Of a DNA stretch of 64,000 bases, positions 61,301 to 64,000 are shown piece by piece. Position 1 is the stretch's first letter, and every line of letters begins with the position of its first letter. The stretch is from Chiloscyllium plagiosum. Lineage: Eukaryota. The position numbers were made by a program, and so were the translations under genes. The notes below the pieces were generated by a model, which saw nothing but the letters and a program-made list of their open reading frames with translations, did no database searches and was not told where the DNA came from. Location of the stretch: assembly GCF_004010195.1 (NCBI RefSeq), contig NC_057754.1, forward strand, positions 11,749,609 through 11,813,608, read 5' to 3'.

Positions 61301-61954
61301 ATGCAATCATTCAATGAAACAAACTGCATTTGCTATTCCAATGAGAAGAGCTTTTGCCATTCATGCACTGAAACAACTTCACGCATTCATTCAAAGTAAC
61401 AAACTTCACGCATTCATTCAACAAAACAGACTGCACGCTTTAATTCTCTCATTCACGCTTCTCTCATTCATTCAATGCCATCATTTCCACGCATTGATTC
61501 ATTGAAACAAACTGCACACATTCATTCAATGAAACAAAACTGGATTTGTTAATTCAATGAGTAGCGTTTCTCTCATTCGTTCAGTGCCATGAGTTTAACG
61601 AATTGATTCAACGAAACAAACTGCACGCATTCATTTATTGAAACAGACTGCACATGTTAATACAATGATAGTAGCTTCTCTCGTTTTTCAATGTCCGGAG
61701 CATAACGCTGTCATTAAATGAAACAAACTGCATTCGTTTAATCATTGATGTCATAGTTCAATCATTGATTCAATGATACAAACTTAGCTCATTTATTTAG
61801 TGAAACAAACTGAACTCATTCATTCAATGAAATACACTGCACGTGCTCATCCAATGAGAAGAACTTTTGCAATTCATTCAATGAATCAAACTGCACTCAT
61901 TCTTTCAATGTAACACTGCACGTGCTAATCCACTGAATAGATCTTTGGCTATTC
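58345..61954. repeat. Complex AT-rich satellite built from about 23-27 bp cattcattcaatgaa(a/t)caaactgca submotifs, with longer near-identical blocks
   Basis: The submotif recurs throughout. 58353-58750 is almost identical to 60061-60458 (offset 1708; duplicated ORFs start at 58551 and 60259). Confidence 0.93.
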
Positions 61955-64000
61955 TTTTTTTTAGATATTTTTGTTCGAAATTTAACATTTTTACAAGTTT
62001 ACAAAAATAAGCAAAACTCTCAAGTACAAACATTGTTATACAATTAAATCTTAAATATATATTAACCGAAATTTAACAAAAGTAAAATACCGTGAAAAAC
62101 AAACAAAACTCAACTAACTACTAATCTAACCTACAACTAACCAGAGTGTATATTTAAGTCTCTTACATTATACAAATAAGAGAAATTGAGAAAAAAAAAA
62201 CAGCGGATAACATAGAAATGGGATAGTGAGATACATGCTCGGAATGTGTTAACGTCAAATGGAACAAAAACCGTATTCGTGTGGGATTCCTCTCCCAAGG
62301 GGCCCCGGATCTGCCATGTTCGTAATCTCAATTAAATAAAAGCCCTGGTTAGGATAGCCGAAATATCTGTATTCATATAATTCAAGAAGGGCTGCCATAT
62401 TTTATAAAATAATTCCGTCTTTCGGTGCACCATATTTGTAAGGAAGTCAAGGGGAATACATTTCATAATTAATCTGTGCCAATTTGAAAGTCCAGGGGAG
62501 CCCTCAGCCACCCAGTTTACCAAAATATTTTTCCTTGCAAAGAAAGAGAGAATCGAAAATAGTCTCATCCCATGCATGTCCAGGAGGATAAGTTCGAAAA
62601 GCCCAAAAGGAGAGATACGGGGTCCACTTTAATTTCCGTTCCTAAAATTTCTGTCAGGGCACTTGCCACTTTAGTCCAGTATCTACGGATCTTATGACAG
62701 GTCCATAGACCATTTACAAGAGTGTCCACCTCTATTTTACATTTGGGACACATTGGGGATGCTCCCGCCTTAAATTTTGCCAATCGATCTGGTGCTATAT
62801 GGGCCCTATGAAGTATCTTCAGCTTGATAGCCTGAGTTCTGTTACAGATAGTGATTCTTCTGGCGTTTCCCAAATGTAATTCCACGTTCCTATAGAGATA
62901 TCTAGTCCCAATTCCTGATCCCATGTTTTAAGCAGATTGTCCATATATCCCGATACTTCATCATGTAGTAAATGATAAATAGTGCTGATGGAGGATACCC
63001 CCATTGGTCGTAGTACTCTACATTCTCTATCTGATTTATAAAGACTATCTAATAACGTAGTCTTCTTCTGTATATAGTCTCGAATTTGGAAGTATCGACA
63101 GAGGTCTCCATTAGGTAATCCGACTTTCTGACGCAGCTGTTCAAAAGACATCAAGACCCCATCTTCCAATAGGCCCCCTCGACATGAGATACCCCTGGAT
63201 CTCCAGAGTTTAAAAGTGGCATCTGTAAACCCCGGTTGGAATCTCCATGCTCCCACTATCGGCGCATAGGGGGATGTTCTATGTGAGTTGCCCTCATTTT
63301 GCCGCATTACATTCTAAGCTTTAATTGTATTTATTATTATAGGGTTTTTACAGTGATCCGTAATGATTTTCCTCTTGTCTGAAAATAAAAGGTTAATAAG
63401 TGGGCATTTTACTTGAGAAGCTTCGATGTCCAGCCAGATTGATTGTGGATCAAACAAGACCCAATCAGCTATGTAACTTAATAAGGAACTTAACTGGTAT
63501 TTCCTAAAATCTGGGAAGTCCAATCCTCCCCTTGCCTGTGGAAGCTGTAGCTTCTACAACTTAATGAGGGGCCATCTATGATTCCAGATAAAGGAACCCA
63601 GCCAGACATATAATATACGTAGTGCCAGCCTCGGAAGCATCACCGGAAGCATTCTCATAGGGTATAGCAGACGGGGCAGGACATTCATTTTAATTAGTGC
63701 TATTCTACCCAGCCAGGAAAGTGGAAGGTCTCCCCACCACTGGAGGTCCTGCCTTATCCTTTCCAGTAAATGCACAAAGTTAGCCTTGTATAACTGACCA
63801 AATACTGGGGTAACAAAAATGCCTAAATATAAGAAACCCTCCAGGGACCAACGAAAGGGAAAATGGGATCCATCCACTAAGTGGGGTATCATAGAAAGGC
63901 CACCCATTGGCATAGCCTCCGATTTTGAGAAATTAATTTTATAGCCTGAGAATGCGCTAAATGTATTAATAACTTGGATTAAGCGAGGTACGGACATCAG
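61955..64000 (-). mobile_element. L1-clade LINE 3' portion (RT C-terminus, Cys-rich domain, 3' UTR, poly-A), decayed, running off the window edge
   Basis: FSAFSGYKINFSKSE, FLYLGI, W..LPLSWLGRIALIKMNVLPRLLY, FIW, GGLDFPDF, CPKC........LWTC. T-run at 61955-61962 is the poly-A tail. Confidence 0.93.

Overview
Repeat-saturated vertebrate DNA, most likely from a cartilaginous fish (shark). That assignment is inferred from HE1/V-SINE-like SINEs, shark-type CR1 and Penelope repeats and a GPR139-like GPCR relic. I found no intact protein-coding gene. The window contains: nested decayed retroelements (CR1, L2-like, RTE, L1, Gmr1-type Gypsy and Neptune-like Penelope); one class-A GPCR pseudo-exon (28075-28611, minus); several minisatellites (26, 27, 44 and 47 bp units); a 3.6 kb complex AT-rich satellite; ancient direct and inverted segmental duplications; and a 308-N gap. 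The strongest observations are three. (1) A 194-bp TSD-flanked fold-back mini-element carries two intact hammerhead-ribozyme cores back to back (47491-47684). (2) A near full-length, partially tandem Penelope element has a 27-bp VNTR inside its ORF. (3) There is a clean duplication / inverted templated insertion / duplication scar (48622-49510). I cannot support a claim of a wholly new gene system. Family names come from motif recognition by eye, not database searches, and element boundaries are approximate.
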